A stretch of DNA of 52,628 nucleotides, the filler included, from Sphacelaria rigidula (Eukaryota): the NCBI GenBank assembly GCA_964200075.2. It is 4 parts of 4 records of this genome, joined end to end, with 100 filler letters (N's around TTAATTAATTAA, not from the genome) between each part and the next. Parts side by side here need not be neighbours in the genome. Positions count along the whole stretch, not along the records: positions 1 to 13,083 come from CAXNAA020003164.1; positions 13,184 to 26,266 come from CAXNAA020003165.1; 2 more parts are not named here. One strand, given 5' to 3'. Each line of letters starts with the position of its first letter. The first letter of the stretch is position 1. The notes below the pieces were generated by a model. It ran no database searches and was not told the DNA's origin. It saw nothing but the letters and a program-made list of their open reading frames with translations. Positions 11,601 to 24,100 of this stretch are shown in pieces. The position numbers and the translations under genes are program-made.

Positions 11601-13083
11601 TATATGCTATATATGCTATATATAATATATTTTATAATATATATAATATAATATATAAGGATCTCTACTGTCCACGGCAGGTGACCGCATCCGCCAACGC
11701 TTCAGTAATGAACCAGGGGACACACGGCTGGGTGTCCTCACCCCACCCTTACCCCCCCTCAAAAACTCAAATTTTCGATCTTGAGGCCTACGTGTCTTGA
11801 ATTGTTTTTCGCTGCCCCCTGATTGCACATGAGATATGCTGTTTGCTGTCGTGTGTTCGACACTGCGTACCAACCGCGGCGTTACGTCTTTGGCGGTACT
11901 ACCTGCTCACTGCACAGCTGCAGGGTGCAGGGTGACAAAACAAACAACAGAACGTCACATCCTTAGCCTATCCCTGTGCTGCATTGATTCCGCGCTATCC
12001 TATACAGTTTGCCGCATCATGCACGCAAACGCTTGTATTTGCGGTCAACGTGTACGCGAGATATCACCCTTCGCTACGCCCTATATCGCCAAGACGCATT
12101 TTGAAAAGCTCTCCGTGTTGCAGCTACAGCGTGCGTTTGCCCCAGGTTGCGCACGCAAGAGTGAAAAGCCGGCTCTGCTGCTGTCATGGCTGCTTGCATC
12201 TTGGGCGAAGCTGTATGGCAACACAGCCGCTATGGCGCGAAAGCCCCGTGTAGCAATGCATACCCTGGGGAACTTTACACACGGTCGTCTCGAAGTGTAG
12301 CGTTGCAGTTACCGACTTGAGGTGCGAGTATTACACGAATTATAGTCAGCAATATATTTTATACTGAGCGCAGTACACTTCCAACACCGTGTTCGTACTT
12401 ACTATAGAATCTTTGTCGAGGTCCTGGGACATTTCAACATATAATCCAGGATCTGATATATTTCAACATATGATCTGGCGCGGTGAGGTGGTGGGAAAAT
12501 CCACTACATCTGGGCGAAGAGCAGGTGAGGCAATCGCCAAAATATGCACCCGTGAACTCTGAAACAGTGCACTGTAAGTTGATATCGCTAGAAGGACACC
12601 ATCATAACTACCTTGCCAGCTGCCAGACTGCTAGAATCTTGTATTCGCTAGCATTGCTACTGCCTGTACGGGGATGTTGCCCACTTGTCGGGTACGTTGG
12701 GCAGAGTCCATGGCAGAACGCCGCGGTCGCGTGAGATAGGCTTAATCTTGACGTGTCGACCTTTTCGGATCGGCAAAGGTTCAGCCTAGACCCTCACACA
12801 TATGGTGGGGCCTAGATGCTGTTTATTTTTTGGTTTTGTGCGAGCCTTCATCCCTAACTGGGCGAAGAGTGACGATGACGCCTGAAGGATGCGTGCGGTC
12901 TGCGAGCCTGACCGAAATTGTACATACTGTATTCGTCATCAGACAGGAGGAGGTAAAAAAACAAAGAATGTGGTTAAAATGATACGATCTAGCGGTGCTA
13001 CGGCACATGACCCCCCCCCCCCCCCACCCTGGTCCGGCGGGAACCCGGCGGGCCCCGTCCCGGCTTTGTTGGGGGGGACCCCC

Positions 13084-13183
13084 NNNNNNNNNNNNNNNNN
13101 NNNNNNNNNNNNNNNNNNNNNNNNNNNTTAATTAATTAANNNNNNNNNNNNNNNNNNNNNNNNNNNNNNNNNNNNNNNNNNNN
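13084..13183. other. Artificial scaffold linker (N44-TTAATTAATTAA-N44)
   Basis: 100 nt; the core has stop codons in all six frames. Confidence 0.98.
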
Positions 13184-13399
13184 CGAAGATTTTAATCCTC
13201 CGGGTTCTCATCCTCAATGAAAAGCACCATCCTCAACATAGATGATCGGCTGTTCGAGGGGGAAAGCTCGTTTGGTTTTATGTTCGTTCAGCAGCAGCAC
13301 TGCTGTACATTCATCGCTATGGATTAGTTGTGGGAGTAGTCGCGGCGGTGTGCCCTTGCCAAGTTCCTTATTTTTGGGGAGCAAACAAACATTTTTTGC

Positions 13400-13630
13400 G
13401 ATGAGAACAACAAGCAGCGATCGACTGATGGTGATACTACGATAGCCCCCCAAGGGAAGTTGGTTTGGGGACGAAAAATTTACCTGCTGTAAATCAAATG
13501 AAAAAAAATGCTGAGCACACCGACCGGCTGGGAACTCCCACACGCTCGGGATCGTTTTCGCCGATGTTGTTCGTATGAAGTGCCTCATGCAGTCTGAAAC
13601 CAGCTATCATGCGCTGTATGGCCACTTCTT
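13400..13630 (-). repeat. Dispersed repeat; inverted copy at about 15800-16010
   Basis: TCCCACACGCTCGGGATCGTTTTCG...CATGCAGTCTGAA..CAGCTATCA.GCGCTGTAT matches the reverse complement of 15806-15895. Confidence 0.75.
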
Positions 13631-13919
13631 CAGGACAATTTCGAGGCTGGTTTGGGGGGGGGGGGAGGGAGTATCGCGGCATTATCACTCGATCATTCGA
13701 TCGACCAACTTTGCATTGTTATAATATTTTTTGGCCCAATCAAGTAGTGCTTCAGCCCTTATGCATTCGACCCGCAGCCGCAAGAAGGCCATAATCATTA
13801 TTATCGGCCAACACTCATCATCATAAACACATGGTAGATGGATGAATAATAACAGTATTTCCCGAGGGAAACACAACAATGGACGTCCGGAAACGGGCAA
13901 TGGAATAATGTGCGCGCTC

Positions 13920-14140
13920 CCATCTCACAGCTGTTGTGAAGGTAGAGTGAAGTACAATATAAACAAAGTTCAACTTTATGGTCGACGAGGAAAAGGGACT
14001 GCTGAACCCCTCTCGCAATTAAAAATTAAGGCAATGAAGCACCGCAGAAGGAAAGTGGGGTACTAAGAACAAACAAAAAAGGAAAAGCTCCTGTGTTGGC
14101 CTTCCTCTTGTGTGACCCGGCTGGTGCGCCCACGCGTATA
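13920..14140 (+). mobile_element. Second copy of the SINE body seen at 6560-6775
   Basis: Direct sequence similarity; no recognisable tRNA head in this copy. Confidence 0.75.
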
Positions 14141-14155
14141 CACCGAATTTTTTTT

Positions 14156-14277
14156 CTTTCCGTTCCCCCAAAGGTCATGTGCGAAAGCATGATTTTTGGG
14201 ACACAAAGCGTCCTTTTTTCACCCCGAAATCGAGGCAAAAGTGTGCTTTCGCACATATCCTTTGGGGGAACGGAAGG
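14156..14277. mobile_element. MITE with ~32-bp terminal inverted repeats
   Basis: TTCCGTTCCCCCAAAGGTCATGTGCGAAAGCA / TGCTTTCGCACATATCCTTTGGGGGAACGGAA. Confidence 0.8.
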
Positions 14278-14431
14278 CTAGAAATCCCCGGAAAGGGTTT
14301 TAGGGAAATCGGGAGGGATGGAGTCGTCCATATGAAGGTCATTTGTCATTAATTTAGGTCAGGGAAAGCACGGCTTTTGAGTTATAAACCTCATTTTCGT
14401 TTTCAGCCCCATTTTCGGGAATCCAGTGTTA

Positions 14432-14484
14432 GGTCGTGATTTTAACCATCATCAATAATAACGACGATGGTTGAAATTACGACC
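14432..14484. mobile_element. 53-nt hairpin flanked by TA (mini-MITE)
   Basis: GGTCGTGATTTTAACCATCATC / GACGATGGTTGAAATTACGACC, with TA on both sides. Confidence 0.65.
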
Positions 14485-14547
14485 TATCAGATCGGGATTT
14501 TTGTTTTCCGCCGCACTTTTTGAATCGAAGAATAATGTGCTATTCAA

Positions 14548-14650
14548 CCCTTTGACCGCTAGGATATAGGTCACCTGCTGGATCGGCATCAATATTCACT
14601 TGAAAAAAGTATGCACGGTCCAGATGGACTACCCGAACGCGGTCCAAGGG
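14548..14650 (+). mobile_element. piggyBac-like ~100-nt MITE with TCAA target-site duplication
   Basis: TCAA|CCCTTTGACCGC...GCGGTCCAAGGG|TCAA. Family copies at 16964-17117, 24970-25179 and 42123-42220. Confidence 0.82.
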
Positions 14651-14692
14651 TCAAGACACGCCCTGTGAAAACGAAAAAAAACATCAACATGG

Positions 14693-14693
14693 G

Positions 14694-14731
<38 letters not shown>

Positions 14732-15300
14732 ATTCTTGTTTCTCACATTGGCGTCTTCCAGAATCTAACGCCCGTGGCCACAAAGCCGTGGCACCAAAAG
14801 ACAGAACACGAGAGAACAAAATAGAGAATACTCCCACCTAGAACATGAATACACGACACCTTCCTCCCGCAGGGGAAGGCGGGGTCCTACAAACACGTCA
14901 GCGAAAACTTGATACGAAGAATATATGCGACTCGAAAAAATGCAGTGAAGGTGGGCGATCCATCCCTTCCTTTCTCAAATGTTCAGGTCACACAATTCTC
15001 AAACCGGCGAAAATTCCAACCGACTATATACTGACTGCTGCCTGAACCTTTGCCCAAGACCTCGCAACATAATTATTTACTGTATAGTCTTGGTACGTAG
15101 CAAACGTTTTCCCCAACAATACTCATCTTGTGATGCGCCATAACTATCGAATGGCGACGAATTCCACGTCGAAATAGGAACCTTTCTCTTCCCCTCCGTG
15201 TCAACAACATGCACACCAAATGACATACACCCATCACATCACGCAGATCCCCCCCCCCACCCACCAGATCATATTGCAGATTGTGCTGGGTGGGAGAACC
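14693..15300 (-). mobile_element. Probable non-LTR retroposon fragment ending in a (CAA)n tail
   Basis: (GTT)n at 14693-14731, preceded on the minus strand by AATGTGAGAAAC. Similar GTGAAGA(CAA)n ends occur at ~20500-20520 and 35078-35114. The 5' extent is a guess. Confidence 0.45.
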
Positions 15301-16963
15301 TCAACTCCGCGCCAAGGGGATCATCATACTACGTAGTGTTGAAAATAATAATGAGACACCCGTGAGGTAACGTATATAACAAGCCGTGGCTGTTCCTGGA
15401 AGCGGCGATACCAGATTATGAAGCAAGTCATCTTTGTAGGCTAGCATCCATATGCAAGACCACTAATAATACGCTTCGGGCCGAACAATCTTACTTGGCA
15501 GGATGCAGGCCCGGGACGAACCACACAGCATATATTTTGTTCAGGAAGCGAACAGTTTACCCATTGAACCAGAGCGCCCACTGGTTCAACGGGGAAACTG
15601 TTCGCTTCCTGAACACAGGTCACCCCTCATGCGACTCGACGAACACATCGCGGAGCTTCGCGCTTGGTGATGGCGAGCCTGGTCAGGTGAAAACCCGGTA
15701 TGCTCCGCCCCAACTTTGTAGGGATACAAAGTCCATGGCCTCATGACGACGGCATAAGTGATGCAGACTTGACCCCAAAACTGTAATGAAGAAAAACCAT
15801 GGTGATACAGCGCGTGATATAGCTAGGCTTCAGACTGCATGAAGCGCCTCATACGGGCGACATTGACGAAAACGATCCCAAGCGTGGGAGATCCCAGTTG
15901 CTCGGTGCATGTGGCCCGTTTTCGTCATTATAATTTTCAGGTAGATATCGCACTCTCAAACCAGGCAGTTGTTCCGTGGGGGGTTATCGCAATATCAGTC
16001 GCATGCAACATCATGATGAGTGCACCCCCGTCGTACCTCTAACCCCTGTCCTTCTTCGGGATGAATTCGCTGTCTCAAGGGATCAGGCCACCTCTCTCCC
16101 GGTTTACACATGACGGGCATTTTGGTGCCGTGAACTGAATTGGATCAGTGCGAACTCACTCCTGCACCGCGTTGGCACTGGTCTAATTTCTTACTGTCCT
16201 ACTTGTAGCTAGCTTCTCATCCACCACGTCTTCACGCCTTCTCAACGAGGGGAATGGCATTAGATTCCTAAAAGAGAAAAAATCGAATCTGTGTCGGGAT
16301 GCGAAACCTTGAACCTTCCACTTTGCGCCGTCATGCGACGAATGGAGCGAAAAATGGTTGTCACAGGTGGACTGTTCGTCAAAGTGATCATTCTCATGAT
16401 TACAATGCCGTTCTCATCATTTTTCACCTCGTGAAGCCATGGTCTCTAATAGATTCAAGGTGTAACACATGTCATCCCTGTCAAACTACCGGGACGCGGC
16501 GCATACAAAACATAAAATAAAATAAAAACGCCCCATGCTTCTCGCAAAATCAAACGACACACGATGATGCAGTCATGTCGTTCCATGCGGTGTGTGTGTT
16601 TCTTGATTTATCCCTGTGCCTCCCGCATTTCCCCCCGAACAGTAGTCGGTCGGCGGAAGGGACCGTACCTAACTGTACAAAACATCCCTCTCTAGAAACA
16701 GGATCCTGTTGTGCTGTACCTACGTGAAGGACAACCCCGTCCCACTCCCTAGAAGATGAGGAAATAGACGAGGAGAGTCTGAACAACGAACTTGTGTGTG
16801 TACAAGTAGGGGGTCTCCATGCCCTAGGTGAGGCCAGTACGGCGCGACAATCAAAAACATGCAGCATCCCCCCCCCCGTCACGCTGCCAACCCCTTCCTC
16901 TTCCTCAGGATGAGCCCGTGCTCTCAGGAGATCAACCCATCTCCCCCTGGGCACATGCCTCAA

Positions 16964-17117
16964 CCCCTTGACCACAAGGATAGTCTATCTGGACCATGCA
17001 TACTTCGTTTCAAGTCAACCCATAGACCACGAGGGTAGTCTATCTGGACCACGCATACTTCGTTTCAAATGAAATTGATGCCGATTCAACAGATGACCTA
17101 CTCTCGCCGGCTGAGGG
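16964..17117 (-). mobile_element. piggyBac-like MITE: partial copy (16964-17013) plus full copy (17019-17117)
   Basis: Reverse complement of the 14548-14650 family; each copy is preceded by TCAA. Confidence 0.78.
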
Positions 17118-18155
17118 CTAGCATTTTCGGCACGTGCAATTTTTCCATTCTTTATTAGCGCTTCCGGACATAGATTCTTCGCATAGCCTGCAACAAAGAA
17201 AAAAACAAGGCCCACTATTTTAATGACAAACTCATGAAAAAGCATAAAAGCTACGTGAACAGGCATGGGAAGTGTGTGCCCTCGCAACACAGAGGTTCGT
17301 GTTGAAAGCCGTACGTACACACGCCGAAAGTAGGACATGCACGACCCACGACAACGGGTGCTTGCTCGAACGAAGGACATGGATATATATTTGCCGTAAA
17401 TCAACTTCTTGACATTCCGATTGATCTATGGGCCGAACCGGCGTCATCTTCTTTGTTAAATTCATACGAGTGAAGAATAGATGAAGGGATGCCAAACCAC
17501 AAATAAAGTATGACTAATTTCGCGGTGACGAAGGTTAGTGTGCGCGCGGGGGGGGGGGGGGGGGAGAGAGAACCAAAGAAAAAGGAAAAGTGGCAAAAAC
17601 ACAAAAAGGGAAAGGACACGGATGAAACCCATAACNNNNNNNNNNAAAAAACAGCATTAGATTGTCGGTGTGTGGGGAGGTGGTGGGGGGGGGGGGGGGG
17701 GGGGGGTGGTGGTTAGAGAATACCAACGCAACAGCGATCGTCGCACACACACTATAATTTTGTTTTTTAGAATTATATTCCGAGATCAGACCGACGTCGG
17801 AACCGGGAAACATCTCAAGAAATAGTTGGTACTAAATGGCAAATTCGAAACATGAAAGTTTTCGTATCTCAACGGACCAAGCGATGTTGATCATTTCGGT
17901 CGAAAATAGGGACGACTTGCAAATCAACACACACAAGGCAAACGCTACAGCAAACGCAGCATCTAGTCCACGGCGTTGTCTCATCTGCTGTGGTTTTTGT
18001 GCCATGTTTTACGTGGCCTGCATACGTGCAACAGACCCCAAGTGCTGAACACAGATCGATACTTCGAAGACAAAAAAATCTGCTCTTGAAAGCGCTGACG
18101 ACGTGTCGGCGCCTCTTAACGGGAAAAACGGCGATGCCTTCCGTTTTTGCGCCGC

Positions 18156-21100
18156 TTACTTCGGGGCCGTCATGATCTGGCTCTCCGCTTGGCACCTGGG
18201 GACGGTCAGAGACAGAAACAAACATTTGAGGAGAGAACGGGTCATCATCCACACATCTCACTATACTGACAAATAGCATCACCCAAATAGTACAACATGA
18301 TAAATCTATTAGTACTACTTATCGAACATTGAAATGTTCGGTTCTCAGTCTGACGCCAGGCAAAATATCGTTATCTTCTGCCGTACCTATGGAAACAATG
18401 ACCACCCTCCCCCTTCCCCTTCCCCTACCTCGCTCCGTCTAGAAATGGATGCGTGGTCAATGGTCAAACGATTACGGCAAGAAACAGATGAGTACCCCCC
18501 TCCACCCTCCCGCCAAACATGACATAACCCTTCATCCTTGACCTCGCATGATCTTTGTCATGTTCTGTGAGATTCCGTGAGGGGGGGGGTTCCAAACCCG
18601 TCTCTTCGTTTCTCCAAACTCATGGTTGAACATTTTTCCCTCCAAATTATGGCGCCAATGCTATAATCCCAAGCCTAACCCCAGCAAAAAGCAGATCGAG
18701 ATCCCTTGGACAAGGGGGATGATACATGCAGTGTCCTGAGCAAGGCAGGAGATGGCAAAGCCCAAATCGCCGCCCGAGTGATGCTGCGATGGGGGAAGGG
18801 CGTTTGACTCCACGAAAAAAGGGTTCATAGGTGTGTCAGACGAGCGAACACACTCGCGGTGCGCTTGCATTTGGGTAAAAGCGGTGCTAAGCAGTATAGA
18901 TGAGTGCAATTTATCGGTAACGAGCGCGCTCGAACAACCGTTACTACTTTCAACGACGATTTGAAGTGAAATTTCGTGGGAGAAATGACCCGGAATACCC
19001 CTCCCTCCCCCCCTCCCTATCGAAGCATGACTCGCTTGTAGCGCCGATTTCAGTCGAAAAATCCCTTCATCACGCTGCGCGTGTCCTTCGGACTGTGAGC
19101 CCTGTAAAAATCCGAATATGATCACCCAACACCAAAAACAAGTAACTTTCATTTATGCACGAATATGGGGAGCCGGGTGTTGTGGGGAGAAGAAAACTGC
19201 TGGATATCTGCCGCGAATAGACTCTCTTTTGTTTTTCTTCTCTCAGATGATTTTTTTCGTCAGCGTGGCTGCACGCTGAGTGAACGAACACAGGCGCTCA
19301 GCACGACTTGCCAGGAGAAGAACATAATCAATAAAATATATAGAGATATATAGATATATCATAGCAGGCGTGCGTGCAGCAGCCGTCTTGACATTATTGT
19401 GATTCAGGGAGGAGAGTACGCACGCATTGCATTTTTTCCCTCCGTGAATCATTCCGCTGCATGTGCCGACATCTACGTACATGCATGAATGACCACATGT
19501 GTTGCTCTGGCACGATGTCCTGGTCGTGGCTTGTGCAGAACCCGTGTACGATTCGCGGCATATGTGTATTGTAACGGCTTCTTTCGAGATTGTGCTCTGT
19601 CGGGTACATGTGCTGTGTAGGGTACAATATACCCGGAAGCGAGGGAATTTGGTTGGCATACTAACCACACCGGAATTTGTTTAGAACATTCCAGTATAGT
19701 TCGTTCGGCAGGGTACCGAGCTCTATTCCAAACGCTCCGGTGTGGTTCGGAAGGGTATTCGCCGACAAAATACCCCTTATATTCTGCATGTATCCTAATT
19801 TCAGTCTGTATACCCTACAAAACACAATCTTGGCTTGTTCTACAGTAGTCAACATTCAAATATTTTATTTTCACTTCATCGCGGACGATTTGTCATCCTC
19901 ACTCGAAAGTTCGAGAATCGGCAGGCGTGGGTAAAACAAGCAGGCCGTGCGTGCTCAGGACACACTTCCCAATCTCGTGTTCAGGCCGTTCCTTACGGTG
20001 CACGAAAAAAAATCCTGAAGGAAAAAAAAAGGTCCTTCTTCGTCGTTTTAGGCCGCTCCTTATAGCAGACAAAAATTCAAATCTGGGAATGCCTTTTTGG
20101 AGTTCCTATTATACGTCGTTTTCTGCCCCAAAAGAGAGCTAGGCGGAGTTTGACACCTTGGAATGACTTGCTCTACTCGTAGAGACGAATCTAGGACATC
20201 TTCGCGTTTTCCGGTGGCTGCAGTTTTTTTTGGCCGAACAAGTATTTCTGTTCAAGAACGACCAACAACAGTCATGTCTAAAAAAATTGCCATTTTCCTC
20301 CGAACTTGACCGTCTCTGGACGAAAAAGCTTGTTTGGTCACAAAAAACCGGGCCACCGGGAAACGCGAGTATGCCCTGGATTCGTCTCCACGAGCAGAGC
20401 AAGTCATCCTGAGGTGTCAAACTCCGCTTACCTCTCTTTCAGGGCAGAAAACGACGAAGGATAAAAATAAGCGTTTTTGACACGATATTTTTGTTTGTGA
20501 AGACAACGACAACAACACAAGAAGCGGCCTGACGAAGCAATACCGAGTGAAACTCCCTTAATCGGGGTTGGGGGACTGCTATCGACAGTATACAATGCCC
20601 TCCATTACGGCGCGTCCGGATACACACGAGCGAACGGCGACCCCATAAGCCAGTCAGTTCATCTTTTCGAGTGCAGGCACTTAGAGCGGTGAGGAACGGT
20701 TTAGAATTGAGGCGAAGGAGTTGGAACGGCTGCACGACACTCCTGTACGGATTTACATCGTTTCGGCTGCCGAATGGCTTGACCGTCCAATTTCGAAGAG
20801 TTCCACACCCTGGACAAAAGACACAATAAAAGTCCATTGCTTCAACAATAGACACGGGGGAAAACCTATCGATATATTTTGTCGAACACGATACATGGTG
20901 AAACACATCTATTGATATGTATTGCAAGGGACAATAGATGTTGCAATATTCGATCGATAGCCTATGGAAACTACAATAAAGATCACTCGCCATCGATGGA
21001 AATCGTGTACCGCAATAGAGTCTGCGACGTATATATCGATAGCCATTGCCGTTATCAATAGGCTTGGTGAGCCATCCATCGATCGTCATTGCCGTCATCA

Positions 21101-24100
21101 ATAAATCAGGTGAGTCATCCATCGATAGTCATTGCCGTCATCAATACATTTGGTGAGCTGTCTATGGGTAGCCTCTGCCGCCACCAATACATTCTTGGGT
21201 ATCTGTCAATGTGGTCATTGCCGTCAACAATCGATTGTTCTCGCGAGCACCTATCGATAGCCAGTGACGCCAACGATAGGTTTGAAAAATAGATTGCTCA
21301 CTGCAGCGGTCTTATGACATCAACGGCAATGCCCCCCACACATGAACACGCAACTACCGAGGCGATAGATGGCCATGGCTTCTGTGGAATAAGGTGGAAA
21401 CATACGTCGAAAAATGTGCATACATAGCGCTAGTGATTGACGCCATTCAGCTACTTTTGTGGTCAGCAAGAGATATTGGTGGCCGCGATTCAGATGATAC
21501 CGTGACCCTCAATGGACATTGGTGAGCGCAATTTAGATCCTTTTGTGACCAACAATATGTATCGGTGGCCGCATGGCAGCTCCTGTTGTGATTAGCAATA
21601 GACATTGGTCGCCGCAATTCAGAGCCTATTGCAACAAGTAAAATGTATCGATAAATAACTTGGCCTCTCCAGTGTCACGGCAATGATACATTCTGTCCCT
21701 TGTGCCGAATCTATTTTCGCCTACAATAGCTATCGATAGATATTGATGCCAGTCGATAATGACTGACAAAGAACATTGACAGTCAAATTTTCGGGACTAT
21801 TGCAGCGGCAATGTTCTATTGCATAGTCCACTGTCCAGGGTATAAGCACATCTCACCCATACACAAAAGTACTGTAAGCGCTCATGTCCATCGGAGGGAC
21901 AAGCGTAAGTACCAACACCACACCAACAACGAAACTTGTGAATGTTTCTTCACACATGTTGCGGATTCACACAAAACGCAAGCATTACAGGATTGTAGAA
22001 ACGTGACGTCATATGTTCACAAGTAGGATAATCATATATTCATTGCATGTCCACCTGCGGCTTCTCTACTGTACCTTAACGGAGTATAATATGCTTCACA
22101 CGTGATATGTTGCAATGTAGGTGTGGCAATAGACGATGGATGATATTTATGGGTGGGCACTGTATCTATCGATATTTATTGCCGCCGTGCATAGGTTTTG
22201 TACGCAATCTATAAATAGTGATTGCCGTCATCAATAGATTTGGAAAAGTATCGATCGATACATTTGGTCTGTCGCAATAGATTTCGGTGAGGGGCCACGA
22301 CATACTGCTGCGCGGACGAAAGTGTGGGGACCTGGTTCATCGATAGATATTACCGACGACGATAGAAAGAGAAACTTGCCGATCGATGGCCATTACGGAC
22401 GATAATATATTGGCATCTACTGCAGCAGATTATATTACTTTTGCAATAGATGCCGTCTACTGTCCCGGGTGTGAAGGCTTCGAGCTCTGTACAGTAGGCG
22501 CAACCGTGTGCAAAAATCAACAGACGAAGTGATGTGGATCGACTAAATGGAAAACAACAGTGAAAATCACCTGGCAGAAGTCCGGTCGAAGATGTATTGG
22601 TAGTTCTTCTCGAAGTCCGGTAGCGACCGAACCTCCAGCTTGGAGCCATCACGAAGGGTGAGCACCATATCCCCACACCTATAGGTCATCCGACAAGATA
22701 TATCGCAGGTGTCAGTTACAATAGATGTATTATCTCTGGATTACGACACAAGGTGAGGCCCACATACCTTTTGAACCTAGAAAAGCAAACAAGACGTGCA
22801 GATCAACGTGGAAAAATGTTTAGTTAAAGAAAGGCAATGGAAATTGGCGACACATGGGACTGAACCGGATCCTCCCACGCGCACGACATAACAGGACAGA
22901 ACAGATCAAATATACCAGCCTCAGTATGCCGTTCTACATCACGTTTTGCAACAGTAGAGTTAACCGGAGTTGGGCTACAAACTACCCATAGTTGGTACTA
23001 CCTGATTTAGGTGTGAACAACAAGAATTGGATGTTAAGTGGGGCTTGACAGTCCCGTGTGCTCCTCGCGTGCTCAGAACGCGTTTTCGTCCAAATCGGCG
23101 CCTGTGGAGCCGATTTCGGGTCTACCAACGCCACACTTTGCCTAGGGAACCTTATGGACCTCGCTTGCCCTAGGGTTCTCGGTATGCCTTGGGTTGGGGT
23201 TAGGGTTGGGGGTAGCGATAGTTCTAAAAGTATGTCAACCATGGGCAGAATGTAGCCCAACTCGGGTAAACCTCCCTCATTTGAAAAGGCCTGTGTCACT
23301 GCGTCGATGTACTTGGCATTATTATAGGAAGCTTTCCCACCCCAAACACTAAATTACACACACTCTCACACAATGTGTGTTGCACCAAGCACTGAATATG
23401 TTCTCTGTTACAATGGACAAGATACTCGATGCAGTACTGTACGCAGTCCACTTTTCAACAAATGTTGCGCATCATCCAGCAGGGTACGGAAGCTTTCTGA
23501 CTGCTGCTGCTACTGCAGCTCGTCTTGGTTTGCCAGGGACAACGTACCGGCATGTGTGATGACCACGCAATTCGAAATGCACAGCGATGAAGTCACACGT
23601 ACTCCTGTGAGACGCGCTCAAAACGCCTGAAACTGCACACTTCGGACAGCTCATGGGCTACCCGAATATTACTTCTTATTAGTGTACTGATCACGATCAT
23701 AAGCTAGCTCGTTTGGCCCCTCCTTTTCCCCCCATACTTCCTCCCTACAGCCCTGGACCCCGAGCACACGGAGTACCGCAAAGGAACCGCTTCGGCTTCT
23801 CTGACATCGCTGTCACAGATTTTGTGCTCTTGGATAATGGATCTGAAATTCCACTCCGATTTGTTGTTTGAGGTAGTTCATGAGGTGCCCGACGTGTGTC
23901 GAACTCAACGTTGTAGAACATGCTGAGGAAATGATGGGGGCGTACTCATGTGTTGCTTGCCGTCAGTCATTTGACCAGTGACCACGCATGTCTTTTGAGA
24001 CGGAGCACCGGGATGGGTTATAATAAAATTATGATGAGAGGAAAAAAAATGTGATGACTCGCCGTAAGCGTTAACGCTTTCCAGCTGTAGGGTCAACCGC

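Noticed and set aside
8025..12300. Host or transposase genes in scaffold 1 (ORFs 8025-8264, 9547-9981, 11108-11305, 11836-12300)
   Set aside because: No recognisable domains or coherent exon chain.
19050..19101. Alternative last exon of the PH-domain gene (AHSPKDTRSVMKGFFD*)
   Set aside because: In phase, but 18195-18156 has a much stronger pyrimidine tract and more coding-like codons. It cannot be fully excluded as an alternative end.
20439..21122. 227-aa minus-strand ORF
   Set aside because: It runs through the ATCGAT-rich non-autonomous element and has no protein signature.
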